From assembly GCA_905178155.1 (NCBI GenBank), contig CAJINV010000006.1:153965-201450 (forward strand): DNA of 47,486 bases, read 5' to 3'. Source of the DNA: Amoebophrya sp. A120. Lineage: Eukaryota > Protista > Dinoflagellata. The notes beneath the pieces are model-generated. The model had not been told where the DNA came from. It searched no databases and was given only the letters and a program-made list of their open reading frames with translations. Position numbers and translations under genes: made by a program. Within the stretch, counting starts at the first letter, position 1, and each line of letters begins with the position of its first letter. Of the stretch, positions 9,401-22,500 are shown one piece after another.

Positions 9401-12400
9401 GTGTCGAGCTCCTCAGACGAATACTCAAAGCGGATCGGCACCTTTGAAGTACCACGAGCGCGTTGTCCTTCTAAAGCAGAAGCCGACGGCGGAACCGAGT
9501 TTCCAGTTCGTTTCGCGTACATCACGTGAAGCAAGCGACAATATCGGTTCTTCTTCTCACCCAGGGAAGCCGCGTCTCCCGGAAGGTACGTCTGTTCCCA
9601 CTTTTCGGTTTGAGCTGTAGATGATTCAATTATTGCGAGGTGACAAGGAAAATCACTTGCGGATGCCATGCAACAGCATAATCTGCCTTTATGGGGCTTC
9701 AGCGTTATTCCTGTCTAAGTCTACAATGCATGAAGCTGAGCAACAGAAGTGAGCCAACAGCTTCAAAAGACAAGGCTCCCGGTCCGATTCAAATGCGTAT
9801 CTTATCAAACAATACCAACACAGGCGGGTAGTAAAGTCATCTGCCTGCTTTCCACAAAACTGCTTTGCTCCGGGCCCGAAATGTCAAAATCAAAAATCAT
9901 GTGCTTGCAGCGGGTGAGGCGGCTTTCCCAATCATCGACGGATATGTTTTTTTGTCACACGGAAAAGGTCAACGCACTTGCTTGATTTTGAATACACTTG
10001 AAATTGAAACTGCGGCCAGCTCTGTGCATACTTAATAAATAGACCAACGTGGTCGGCATACACGATTCGGCCTCGACGTCGCAGCTAGGTATAGGTGAGC
10101 ACTGCTTCAAGTTTCACACAACCTAGTAGAGCCGTGTGTGAAAAAAAAAGTTATGTGTGCTGAAAATCAAAGTGAAGTGTTCCGGACTTTTCCATGCCAT
10201 ACTTGCGCGACTTGGGTGATTTGCTCAAACACCCTTCTGGGGCTGAATCCTTGGCCGTGCGTAAACCTTCGCTTGCTTCTGCTCACCGGTAAGTCCTCGA
10301 GGCGGGAACCCAGGGTGAGAACCAAGTGTCGCAATACGCGTTCAGCTACCAATGGCTGCAACGCCAGATTCTTTTCGAGATGCTCCTCCCTCAAAGGCAA
10401 GAAAAAGCCCTTGTACAGCGTTTGGCCCAACTGCTTCTGCAAAATTTCTTGTAGAGAAGACGGCAAATTCGGATCCTTTCTTCCGGCAGCGCCGCGTTCC
10501 GGAGCCGGCTCTGATGCCGCAGGTGCCGCTGCAGATGATGCTGCGCCGCGTGGTGTACTTGCAACACTAGGCCCATTGGAAATTCCTGGTGGTAGGCGGG
10601 AATGTTCGCCTACCCTGCCATCGGTGTCGTCGTCGCGGTCGCGTAAAGCTGTTTGCGATTGCAGATCTAGTACCCTGTCCGCTACAGCTTTCCAGAGCCG
10701 CAGAGCAGTTGCAGTGGCGCCGCTTTCTTCATCGGATCCGTCCTGCATCGCTAAGCGAACGAAGCCATCAAACGCAGCTGCCGCGGAATGGAGGTAGCCC
10801 TGAGACATTCCCGCCATGTTATCGCGCTGCTGGGGCGTCACAAGAACAGACTGCACAGTCGCTGCAAAATGGGTCGAAAGATACTCGAACACCTGCTGCT
10901 GGTCTCGCAACGCTGCATCCGCTCCTGCGTCCCACGACGCCACAACGCACCACATTTCGCCTTCTCCTACGTCCAAATCGCGAATCGGTGCGATGGTCAC
11001 GCCCTGTAGAATCCAGTGGGATTACGCGCTTTTGTATTGCTCAGCTACTTGCTATATGGATTCATTCGAACACGTTGCTCTCCCCATTGCTTTTTCCTCG
11101 CAACGACGCAGCGCACAGTGCGAACGCCATTGGCAAGAACGTAAGTAGTACCTACACCACCACCGCATACAGTGGCTCATTCTGATGAAAAGCTATACAT
11201 TCATGCGCATGCAGTCACATAAATGAAAAAGTAGGCTCAGATACCTGTTTTGCCATTCTGTGTCCTTGAACTAAGTTTTGCAGCGTCGCGACGATTCCTC
11301 CGCCAGGAGTGAAAAACTCCACCCGTGTATAAACGTCACTTACTGGCGGAGCCAGCTTTGACAGGAACTCTTGGAACTCCGACTTATCTCGTGTCGATAG
11401 ACTCAGCGCGCCATTCCACCAAGAACGAAGAATTTTATTGCTTGCTCCTTTTGCCTGCAACACTTTTACGACGCCGAAAAAATTTAAGAAAGCGGCCGAT
11501 AGTTCACCGTTTACCCCGCCACCCCGACGACCGCCGCGGCCGCCGGGTGCCGCATCTGAGGTAGAACTAGCTCCACCTGCTGCACCGCCGCCCCCGCCAT
11601 TTGTTCCCCGACTCCCGGCAGGGCGCTGCGTGTCCTGACTTGGCCTGCTGGAGCCACCCCCGCCACTACCTGGCGGAGGGCGATCGTCGGGGCCTGTGTG
11701 AGTTTTTTGCATGAATGTGAATATAGACATTCGTCATAGTCATACAGACATTCTTGCCCCGACGCTGCCGGGCTGCCCGACATGAGCAGAAGAGAGAAGC
11801 GACAGCGGAAATAATGAAAACCCCACATATTCACATTCTGATTCTGTGCCACGTATCTGTCATAGTTAGCCTGCTGTTATTCTGTATCTGCTCGAATACT
11901 TTACTTTATCATGCTCATGATCACATCTATCAGATTCAAACTTACCCGGTGGTGGTGGCGGGCCACTTCCCTTGGTTTCCCGGGTGCGAGTGCCTGAGAC
12001 GCTGGGACGAAGGTCAATTTCTAATCTGTGGGTAATAGCCACTTCGCCGTTGAGCCTAAGGGACTGAAATGCTTCATCAAGGGTATTGCTCGGAAACACA
12101 AGGTTCGCCATAGTTCTCGAATCGGTGTGGGTTAGTGTCTCGGTTAAGGTTTTGCGCTTCTCTGCCTCACTGCTCTGCAAGGAAAGCTTCAAAGAGTCGC
12201 CCAGTTCAGACTCTCCATTGCGGGCTTTTGTGAAGGTCAGGGACCGCGGTTCGCGGCGTGGAATTGTCGGTCTTTGATTCCACCGCGCCAAATTTTGTGA
12301 GTACGCGTCTCGCGCGGCATCGATTCGTGTCCATAACTCCACGACGCGGTCTTCCGGGTGAACGGGAAAGAGCGGGGAAATCAGAATCCTCTCGCTGTCG

Positions 12401-13561
12401 TCCACTCTAGCCCTGAGTTCGGTGTAGAGCACGCGTGGCGGTATCAGCGAAGCCGCTTTTTTCCCACTGGAGCTTGGTTTGCATCTTGTAGCGGCCTCCT
12501 CCAGGCGCGCAGCCATTTGGGTCCTGTCCATCAGATCACCAAACTTGACGGGCTCCCGATGTCCGTGTTCCTCAGTTTCGTTGTCACTAGTGCTCGTTGC
12601 CGGGCCATACATGTAATTCATCAGACGGCAATGCCGCTCGGCAACTGCCTCTGCAAGGTTTCGCCCTTTCTTTTCCTTAACCAAAAAATGCTGCTCCCAT
12701 GCACCACGTCCGTTTTTAGTCGCTGACTCTGTGAAAGAGAAAATTCAAAACATTTGTATATGAAAGCTGGGCGTTACGGGTCCATCCTTTCGCCATGAAA
12801 GCCACAGAAAGGCATTTTGCATCCGAGTCATAATGTGTAGGTCTAAGTGTACTGTGCCCGCAGACGAGTCATCGTTTCTCACCACACATAAGGAAGCGCC
12901 ACAACTCTCAAAGAATCTCACATGACAGAATTTAAGTGGCGAAAACAAAATTGGTACCGAGGCACGGCGCCATCAAAACGATTCGGTTGCTTTCGACGAA
13001 GACTTTGTCGCGTAAGGGAGTGTTGTCGAAGTCAAAAATTACACTGTGGCAATCACTGACTATAGAATTCCAGTCGCGGACGCGGGCTTGGCGGAGGAGG
13101 TAATCCAGGGCATCGTTGACAGAGACTGTACTCTTCTCCAAAAACCGCGCACTGTTGCTTGGATCGACGGCAAGGTTCGCAAGCTCTGCGTGAAGCGTGT
13201 TAGAAAAGTGATACATGGCGTCGGCGGGTATTTGGTACTTTGCCTCAAAACCCTTCATTATTGCAATTGTGGCGTTACACGGCTCCTCGCAAGTGGCACT
13301 GTGCATCCGGAAGGCTTTGCGCAACCTTTCGACCCAAGAGATTTCCGCTTCACTTCCGAAAGGGCCTCTTCCTGGCGTGGCGGCCACAACATCAGAGGCT
13401 CCCCCGAGGCCACAGGCCAATAGGAAAACACACGAGAGCACACAACTAGCGAAACGCCACCACGCGACTCCAAGCTGACGTCCCGATGTTTCTCGCGCTA
13501 TGTAATGGCGCAAGAGATGGAGTTGTCGCGTTTGCCTCATTTTCGACATTGCGAACAACAT
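6488..13561 (-). CDS. Large multi-exon hypothetical protein with N-terminal signal/TM, two copies of an unknown module, CxxC-CxxC motif, peptide repeats and hydrophobic C-terminus
   Basis: ORFs join in frame via GT-AG introns 11694-11945 and 11004-11244 and inferred non-canonical introns 9940-10202 and 8480-8650; module homology e.g. VIFDFD..VFVESNRIVLMAPC vs MIFDFD..SFVESRQMTLLPAC and RHCRLMNYMY vs RYCRLLHVMY; could be more than one gene. Confidence 0.6.
6703..6968 (-). repeat. Coding tandem repeats (RLPASRRDAQTQVSGPSVAP / AAEAAPTEETR)
   Basis: Three near-identical peptide units in ORF 6488-7936. Confidence 0.85.
7673..8270. mobile_element. 598-bp MITE, Mutator-like (9-bp TSD)
   Basis: TIRs GGACATAGGCAGGATCATCCCCC / GGACGTAGGCCGGATCATCCCCC (21/23); perfect TSD GCGGCCGAG at 7664-7672 and 8271-8279; G-rich interior. 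Confidence 0.9.
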
Positions 13562-14713
13562 GACCAGACTGTGTTAATATGATTCGATTTTACATAAAAA
13601 GAGAAGGGTCGTGTGCTCAATATCTACTCCTACTTCAACGGATTCTGTAGAGCATCAAAAGAAAGCCAGACCAAGTCGAACCTTTTGGCAAATCAATACG
13701 AAATATCTGTGCCTAGGTTGCGTGATTGCTTGATAATAGATACTCACTACTATATCGACTTGTTATAACGAACCTTAACCATAAAAGGCCTTGATTTTAC
13801 ACAACACAAAGAAAAATAAAGAGAATCTAACACTGCATTATCACAGATGTGAATGACAATGAAATTTAATTCTTGCTTTATCTTTTTTTTCCTTGGTTCT
13901 GCATGGAAAACTTTTCATTTTTGAGCCGCGAACGACGGCGGATACAATCCGATCAGAGGACGATGAACAATTTGCCTTCGATATTTTCATTCTATGACCT
14001 TTCATTTTGAATTTTTTTTCTTCATGAGAGATCTTCAGAGAAAATGAAAAACCGAATCAAGCGAGAGTTGGAGCCTGTTCTGACTGATTCATTTCACCAA
14101 GACCGTCCGAGATCGTCGTATTTATTTCCATTTTCCAGTGCATGTTGCCAGAATTCTGTCCCGTGATTTATCGTTTCCACTCCACGGAACGGACACCAGC
14201 CCTGGACAGGCATCTCACGTTTGTGATTTGTGATCTGACATCTGCTAGCTTCATCAGATCTTGCCGATCGCTTCCGGTAAAAACAGATGACACGAAGAAA
14301 TCGGCTGCACTACACTACTTCTCCATGAACCTGTTAGCTTTCATTTGTACTACATGCAGTTACCGATGTTGAAAGTATTCGCGAAAGTTCCCGGTAGCTG
14401 TGCTGCAACTTTCCATTGCATTTCAAACGGGACAAAAATGCTACGTACTGTACTACTTCGAAGTAGCGGCCCCTGCCGCAATTTGGATTCTGGGCTTCGA
14501 GGTAAGGACTTACAAAAGGGATTCGGATTTTACAAGTAGTGTCTCATCTTCGAGACGGTGCGTATCTATGTGGCACCCTCGCCTTTTGTCTTGTCCATCA
14601 ACATGAAGTAATTCAAATCTTGTTAAAAACAAATTCTACATATTTATTACAGTGAAATTCGAAATAGCACGTGTCTGATCGCTGTGTCAAGAGTGCGGTC
14701 TAGAGTTACGACG

Positions 14714-14809
14714 CCGTCGACGCGGACGCCACGGAAATGGCTTCACCTACACTAACACAGTTTTTTCTTTCCCCTTTCCGTCGACGCGGACGCCACGGAA
14801 ATGGCTTCA
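14714..14809. repeat. Perfect 32-bp direct repeat pair with a 32-bp spacer
   Basis: CCGTCGACGCGGACGCCACGGAAATGGCTTCA at 14714-14745 and 14778-14809. Confidence 0.9.
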
Positions 14810-15216
14810 GTCATCTTACAACAATATCAAACATCATGTATCATTCAATCAAAACGAGTACTGCTATGCGCCTTTGGAAAAAAAACATCGTAAAAATAGT
14901 ACATCTTGCGGAGTATCTTGTATACAATAATCAAGGGTCGCTGCTAGCTTCAACGGGCAGACAGCAGAGCATTCGCTCGGAAGCGCATCCACCTCTCATC
15001 CAATCCAAGAAGGTATGGTCATATCATATCCCCCAGCAATTCTGCCGAAAAGAGACCGGCGTCGTTTCGTCCGAAGTTGAAACAGGAACGTGGCTGCAGC
15101 TACAAGAGCATGTAGAAGTGCTAGCGCTTCTTGCAAAATGGACCCGCATATGCGCGCCGCACAGAAAACGTGCGCCAACAATCATGTCGATTCTATGATC
15201 GAGCTTTCGCTGCACT

Positions 15217-17297
15217 TCACGACGTGAGGCTGTTCCGCTTTTGGGTAGGTCGTGCTGCATTCGCGATCAGAAATTTTTTCGCTAACCACGCAGGAGACGG
15301 CATTTCAGGGAATCCGGCACTGCCGTCACGCTCTCCATGTGCGCGCCTCCACTCATATTGAAACTGGTTGTAGGACCAAAGCGGCGAGGTGCCGTCAGAT
15401 TGTCGGCGCCATTTGTCGGCAAATTTCCGAAACGGTGTATCAACATGAAAACACAATACTTCACTCGGTAACAGCATCAGCTTCGTAATGCATTTCCAGG
15501 TGTGTTTTCTCAAGGCCAAACTGCACGCCATCGCTCTAATCAGTACGCAATGCTATCGATTGCTTGAAACTAAAATGGTTGCCAAAGGATATGCGCGGCG
15601 CTCTTGTTCTTGGCATTCTGCAAGACAAATCAATTATAGGGACCGGTTGTAGTACGCTCTCCCCGCGCGGCTCCCTATATTTGTGTATGCAAGATGGAGA
15701 TCACGCAGTCGCAGACACACAAACCGCACCATTCATGGGATACATCTGACTAAGCAGCCGAGGAGGTACTGTGATTACCTTGTGGTAGATTCGACGAAAT
15801 AGCGGATGCCAATTTCTGTCAATCGGATCTTCAAAGTTATAATACGACTCGATATCGCCTGGCAGCGCGTCGAATATGTACTCGTGGTTCAGACAGTAAC
15901 CTGATGAAAGGTGGAGTACGAGCCCAAGTTAGCGTTTTTCAAAATCATCAAACATCATCCGCCTCGTCGAGGACAAAAACTCTGTACGTCTCCAAGAAAA
16001 ATTGAGCTACACTTACCGCAGCATCAAGTTCACAAAAATTTGGTACCGTGCTTGGCGTGATATTGTGCGCGGCTCCCGTAGATTTTGCTATGCTTCTGAA
16101 ACAACAACTCCGTTGCCATCGCTAGACGGCATCTACCGTCAAATTTTTCGTAATGTCTGCTCGTCGCGATGCTTTTTGGCTGCAGTCGACCCCATCCAGA
16201 TATCCGCCCCTTTGTCAAAACAGTACCGGGTGGGTTCCACACCACCAGTCGCCTGCTCGTGACTTGTTTGCACGACGAACTTTTCCGATACCTGCATGCA
16301 CCCTTAGCGGGCGCATCCTCGTGGAAAAAGTTCAGAACCTCACGAAAGAATGCCCGATCGCTCTCCTGACACCCGCGACGCAAAGTTTCCGGGCGGTATA
16401 TATCAGCGTATCCCCATGGATGATAATTCGGCAGCATGCTCTCCGCAACTTCTGACGGAGGGTCGCATGTTTTTACTGCCATCGCCATCAGAAAGAGGAC
16501 CTGTAGAAAAGAATGACAGAGACAGACTTTGATAAAACAGACCGCAAGAATTAGCATTGCCCATTGATGAAACAGAGTCACTCGCAAAGCCATTCTTGTT
16601 TCTACGTCTACTGATCAAGATGTCTGGAAGAAGAACGGGTACTAGCGTATGCGAAGTCATAGATTCAAAAACGTATATGAAGTACGCTCCATTCCATTTT
16701 GGATGGCGGCAGCTGCTGCTGGTCCCCAGTCTGTACAGGCTTTCTTTGCACTTGGCTCTGAAAATATTTCACGTAATCGCATCCACCATCTATTTCCGCA
16801 TTCCAGTAATCTGCCGGTCTTTTGTCACCAACCTTTTCGCGCAGAACTTCGAGAAATAGCTCCTCGCAGTTTTCGGTGCGTCTTGCGAGCGCAGTATCCT
16901 TGTCGTGCTGTTCGCGCACCGCAGTCGCTAGTTTCGCACCAGCGCCAGAAGGATCTTTCTGGGAGTGCGACCTGCTGCTCTGAAGAAATACAGCAGCATC
17001 GGCTGCATTCAAAAAACTCAAGATGCCGTCACTTTGGTTGAGAGACTGTGTCCGACTTGCTGCCAAAATGATACCCGGTTCTGTCGCACTTAAATCGCCT
17101 AGAAAGTGGGGCTTCGCCGGCGGGACGTGCGGTTCCTGCTGCAAAGTGTTCCTTTTCCCGCGTTGATCAACCGCTCTTGCAGCGAAGCAGCTCGAGTACA
17201 AGAGGAGCATGTTTCTTAAGCGAGGAAACAAGCATCTTCCTAGAACGTTCCGTCTTAGCGTAGACGGGGCTGCCGGATTTCTCTGGGAGACTTGCAT
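15217..17297 (-). CDS. Multi-exon putative secreted protein with one copy of the kinase ectodomain module
   Basis: Hydrophobic N-terminal segment; motifs CEELFLEVL, DYWNAEID, GCQESDRAFF, CRLAM, GYCLN, WSYNQF shared with the kinase gene; GT-AG introns 16501-16685 and 15901-16046 at positions conserved with paralogs; 3' end uncertain. Confidence 0.72.
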
Positions 17298-19517
17298 CGT
17301 GAAACTCGTTCACTGGATTATTCTGCAGTATTATCCTCCGGTTCAAGGGGAGCTTCTATCTGATTTCTTCGAGGTCAACAACATTAACACAAAAAAAGGG
17401 CGTGCAAAAACAGCATCATCCCGATTGCAGTGTCAAATCATACAAAAATCAAAACTAGGTTAATCCATCATTGCCACCCGACGACCACTGCTTCTGGTTT
17501 TAGTGATTTCGCGGCGCAAAAGATTGATAAAAGAGGTCCGTGAGAAACATGCCGAAAGCAAAGAAGAAAGCTTTGGAGCAGCATCTGTCCCATGCGTATC
17601 AGGGAATTTTTTTCCATATTGAGTTTAACGTTACGAAAAATCTATATGAGTACCTATATTCGCCATAATACAACATCGAAAAAAATATAGCGCATAATGT
17701 CTCGAGCCATATGCTGCCTGCGGAAAGCAAATAAAGAATCAATAAGACGTCCTACGACTTCAAAATTTCTTCTCTCTTGCCAATGCTGAAACGGGTCCAG
17801 CCGTCATCTATTTTGATCGAGCACTTCCTGCTGACCTTGCCCATATCCACTTCCACCGCCGAGCCGACTGACACTAAAAATAGCAGCCGTGGTGGTGGGG
17901 GTAGCTAGCAAGGTGCCGCCGATTTTCCGGGATGGGCAAAAGTCGTGGTTCCACGGCTTTCAAAAACGCGAACCTACCCCGCGGCCCACCATGGCCCGCG
18001 CCGGAGCTGGCACCTTAGACAAACCAATCCGGGCCAATAGCATTCGGACTGGCTTGCAATTTTCGGCGAAAGGCGGCAGCCTCCTGCCATTCAAGAGGAA
18101 AAACTCCTCCCGCATGCTGTCGCCCCGCCTGGGCCCTTACCAGAGGCTGCTGATTGGAAGCCCACAATTCGGCCCAGAGTATGAGAGGGCGCTTCCAGTT
18201 TTCAGCGCGCGGGGCGCGCAGTGCGGCAACGTTTTGTCATTGAAAACAGACGGCCTCCCCCGCCTGCTATGGCCCCACCCGGGCCCCTCGGGCGCCTCCA
18301 GTCGGGCCGATAGCATGCGGACTGGTTTCGGCCATTCGGCGGTCTTTGGTTTTTTTCTTCCTTCGCTAAAGAAGCCAACGCTACTTTTGGTCGGCTTCCT
18401 GCTCTACAAATGGCTGATTTTGGTGACCACTTTTTTGGCAAACATTAACCTTATACCATGCTGGCCCGCTGCGTTTTTCCTGTCGCCATTTTTTCGGCTC
18501 CAGTTTTTGGGCGCTTGAAATCGCCAGAAGCTAACGCGGCCGGCGGGCGCCCCACAAGGCCGCCACTTCTGCCGGTCCGCGTGCGTTGATTTTTTAGGCG
18601 GTGGTCGAAAGAGCCGTTTCAGGACAGCCAGAACAATTTACAGACTGCAGTCTTCTTTTCAACATCGACAAAAAACACTTTTGCAGGCTTAAAAAATTCC
18701 GCTCGTTTTGCGCGGGGAGTGTAAAAAAAACCCGCAGATTGTAAGGCTTGTGACCTTTTACATGCAACAATTGAGGCTTGTTGAACTCCTTTTTGCTTCA
18801 TTATGAATGCTTGTATCTTGATCGCTTCAAGGTCATGTTTTGTACAGCCACTTTCCATCCGTTCTCTTTCGTGGATCTATATCGGACGAAACTAGAATGA
18901 CTTCTTGTTCGTTCTTGTCTTCTAACTAAAACCTCAGTTCTGTAGGAGCGGCAGTACAGCCAGAGCTACAGTGTCTTTCGAAACATTCTGTGAGCTTTGT
19001 ATCTACTTAATCGTGTATGACCCAGCTAAAGCTCTCACTTGCGATCTTTTGAGAGCTGATCTTCTGTCTCTGTGCGTACCAAGAACGGCTCCAAGTAAAT
19101 ATAGATACTGATACATAAGTTAGGAACGGAACAAACCAGCAGCTACTTTCGTGTCCAATTTCAAATTGTTTTCAAAGCGGCAGGTGAAGCACAGAACAAC
19201 AATAAATACAGTTCATTTTTTGCCGCGTGTACGCGTGTGTCGCTAAGAAACGTAACATGCACACACTGGACAGTTAGGAGCAGTGACGCGACAAAGAATA
19301 GAGCAGCACTGCTGGTCGCCGTCGTTGCCTTTGCATTTAGCAAAACTTCAATCTGAGTCACGCCAGAGAAAAGACCGAGTCGCTTTGCTATTTATTCTGC
19401 GACCACGACATGGACATTCGTACACCGTGAAGGAAACGTGTACGCCTCCGGCAACGATGCCAGTTATCTTGCAGCTGACGGCCCAGTCGGTGGTGACTGC
19501 GTCGCGAGTTTCGGTGT

Positions 19518-22500
19518 TTACGGAATGTCAGGTATGCTCGGGCGCGACAGTTGATCTTTTTCCTTGTCCAGCCAGTATATCGGACGAAACGAGGTATAGA
19601 CGCTCCTCGGATCAAAGTTTCTGTAGATGTCAACTACGTCAGGCGTCTCAGCGAGAAGATGGTGAAAGTTCAGCTCGGTAGGCTTCGTGAGCAAGCGATT
19701 TTTCATCCGACGCGCCTTTAGCCAGATATAACGAAAATGGCGATAACTCCAAACGGCCCCGTGCCCGGTCGAATTTGCACGCCAAAATCTGGCGCGCTTG
19801 CGAAATTCGCGTTGGAAGTCGGCGTGCCAGGTCATCGGGACGGGTGAGGAATCTGCGGACAGATCTGGCTGGCGAGATTCGAGCTCCTCAGGCCAGTGGT
19901 GTCTCTTTGCAGGATGCCATTTCTGCTGCAAGTCTTCCTTTTTTGTGGTGTTCAAGCAGTAACCTGGCGTGAGTTGGTTATATCGGTCAGAATCTCATTC
20001 TATCACACCAATTTGGGTACTTAGGTTAATGTTGAAAAGCCTGAACCAACATCGGGTGCGCGAAGGGATGAAGCGAAGTCTGTCGCTGCGGTCGAAGAGA
20101 TATTTCAAAAAACCATTTCAGATTGGACAACAGGTTGCATGTTTGAACGTCAAACGAAACATGTGAGTACCATAGAAGGTTGAGAATCTCCATGCGCGCG
20201 CAAATCGCACCTCGCGTGTAGCTTGAAAAAGAAACTCCGTAGTCATTGCGATTCGGCAGCGCTGCTCTCGCAACGCGAGAGACGTCGTCTCCTGAGCATC
20301 TGCGCCTCCATATCCCGCGCTTGAGGCAGACGAGCTGGCGGCGGTACGAGCCGTGCTATGTTTATTGGAAGAAGGCTCAAAAGTCGAGGGATCGTCCCAG
20401 ACAATTACGCTTCGGCTCAGGTCCGAGTTGCTCTCCCGAGAAGCTTCTGGTGTTGGGGAGGGGGAGTGCCTGACGTGTTCGTGCAGAAAGTTCCAAACTT
20501 CAGCGAAGAAGTCTTTGTCCTGCGACGCGCACCCGGCTTCCAGTCGCGCGGGGCTGTAAGTTATGTACTCGGCGCTGGGCCAGTGACTGTAGTTGTATTG
20601 CTGCACGAGGTCTTTCAGTGGTTTCGCCCCGATGTCCACGTGGCAGAATGGCATCATAGCCAATATCGTTCGAACCTGTTGTGATGAACAGAGGTAAGTT
20701 GCCATTCTTTTCCAAAATCAACCTCAATAGCTCAAAATTCCGAGAGCCAATAAATATCAAATCAAGAAGTTGCTGCGAAGACCAATTACCGTCCATTTAT
20801 CCCGTGGAAACGAGTCGTGCTTCGGGACAAGATAATCGCGGAGGTCTACTCCACCAAGTACCAACCTCCCGCCCTGAGTGGTTTCTGGCTCGTCCTCTTC
20901 ATCTTCCGAATCGGAGTCTACCACGTCACTAGGTCCTTCATATTCTTCGAAAAATGCGTTTGCCTCTTGCAAATAGTCCCGGCCGTGGTCAACATCCGCG
21001 TTCCAGAAATCCTTTGGTTTACGATATCAAGTTCAAGATTTCCACCCTGACTTCCGTCTACCTCTCGCGCTGCGGGGGACGCATTCGATTCGTGCTTGTA
21101 GCGCACAACCCCACGGCGTGAAGATGATTAAATTGCTAGTAGGCCTACGAAATCCTACAGTTTTGGGTTAGCTTGAGTACCACTACCACATACATGATCT
21201 CTCATGCCTTTCGTATATTGAGCATCATCGAAATTGGTGTTCAGCGTAATATTTTGCTACCTTTCAAGGGCGAGAGGTACACGACCAGAGAGGGAGTTAC
21301 AGTTATTTTTCCATTCATATGAACCCTTTGATGCTTGGAATCTTTGCCAACTGTTCCTCGAGAAATTCCACAAATAGGTCCTCGCAGCTCACTTTGTTCG
21401 CCTGCCGCTCCTCCAGCGACGCCACCTCTATCTCGGCTGGCATCGTAAGTGGCGGGAGCGGTAATGCTGTACTTATATCTGTCTCCACTTCTCTGGGAAG
21501 CGCGAAAATGCGCGAGGAGGAGGAGCTAGAACTGCCTTCACCGGAACCCTCCACTCGCGCAGTTTTGGGAGCCTTGGAGGTGGTACTGCCGGCATCCTGC
21601 GCTGCGCCCTGCGTCGGTTCATCATCCGAAGAATCGGGGTCAGATGACACCTCAATCTCCCTGACGTTGACGGTGATTGGCTCTATTGGTAATTGTTGTT
21701 CAAAAGTTTCACGCAGCTCCTTGCTGAGTTCTCTGGGGTGAAAATCATGGTAGAGGTCGCGGACGGGAGAGTCGCTTTCCGAAACCTGATCCGTACTCAC
21801 CGAGTGGAAAATCAATCTGTCGAGCCCGTTTCGCGATCCTGGTATTGCGAACCACTGATTTATTAACCACTTCCATCGAAAGTGGCGATAACTCCACTCC
21901 GGCCCAATACCATTTGACCGCGCGCGCCAAAAATCTGCACGTCGGTAAAAGTCGAGTTGAAATTTGTGATGCCAGTCCGGCGGTATCGGTGATTCATCCT
22001 CGGGTGTGCGAATGTCCTCAGCAAGAACGCGCTCTGGCCAATTTTGCTGAAGCTGCGATTTTGGTCTCGTATTCAGGCAATAGCCTGTTCGTCGTTTATT
22101 TGGAAAATAGGAATACACATCGAAAATATCAAAGGAGCGAAATCACTGTCATGTCTGTGTCATTGTTCATGGCAAAGTCTCATAAATCAAGACAAATTTC
22201 GTGCGTTGAGGAGAAGAAGCAACAAATTGTACACATACCGTAGGGAATGCGAAACCAGATCGCAGAGTAGCAGGAAACCACAGTTGAGGCCTGAAACAGG
22301 TACTCCGCAACCATACCAATGCGGCATCGCTGCTGTCGTGACTGCCGGGCTAACGGGTCCTCTATCGCGATGGGCAGGTAAGGCGTATGATGACTTTGTC
22401 GAGAGTTGCAGAGATCTTAAGTGCTGGCGCACTTGAATCAATGACCAAACATGAATGCCAAGAATTTTAGTCTCATGAAGCTACGCTTGCTTTCTTTTTT

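Noticed and set aside
14714-14809. Mini-CRISPR
   Set aside because: Only two repeats, with no cas genes or leader
17861-18616. GC-rich segment as a MITE, or ORF 17889-18518 as a gene
   Set aside because: Only weak terminal complementarity and a 6-bp GAGCCG match; no recognisable protein motif
18619-19361. Small minus-strand gene from ORFs 19161-19361 and 18619-18858
   Set aside because: Short ORFs with no homology or convincing splice path that I could establish
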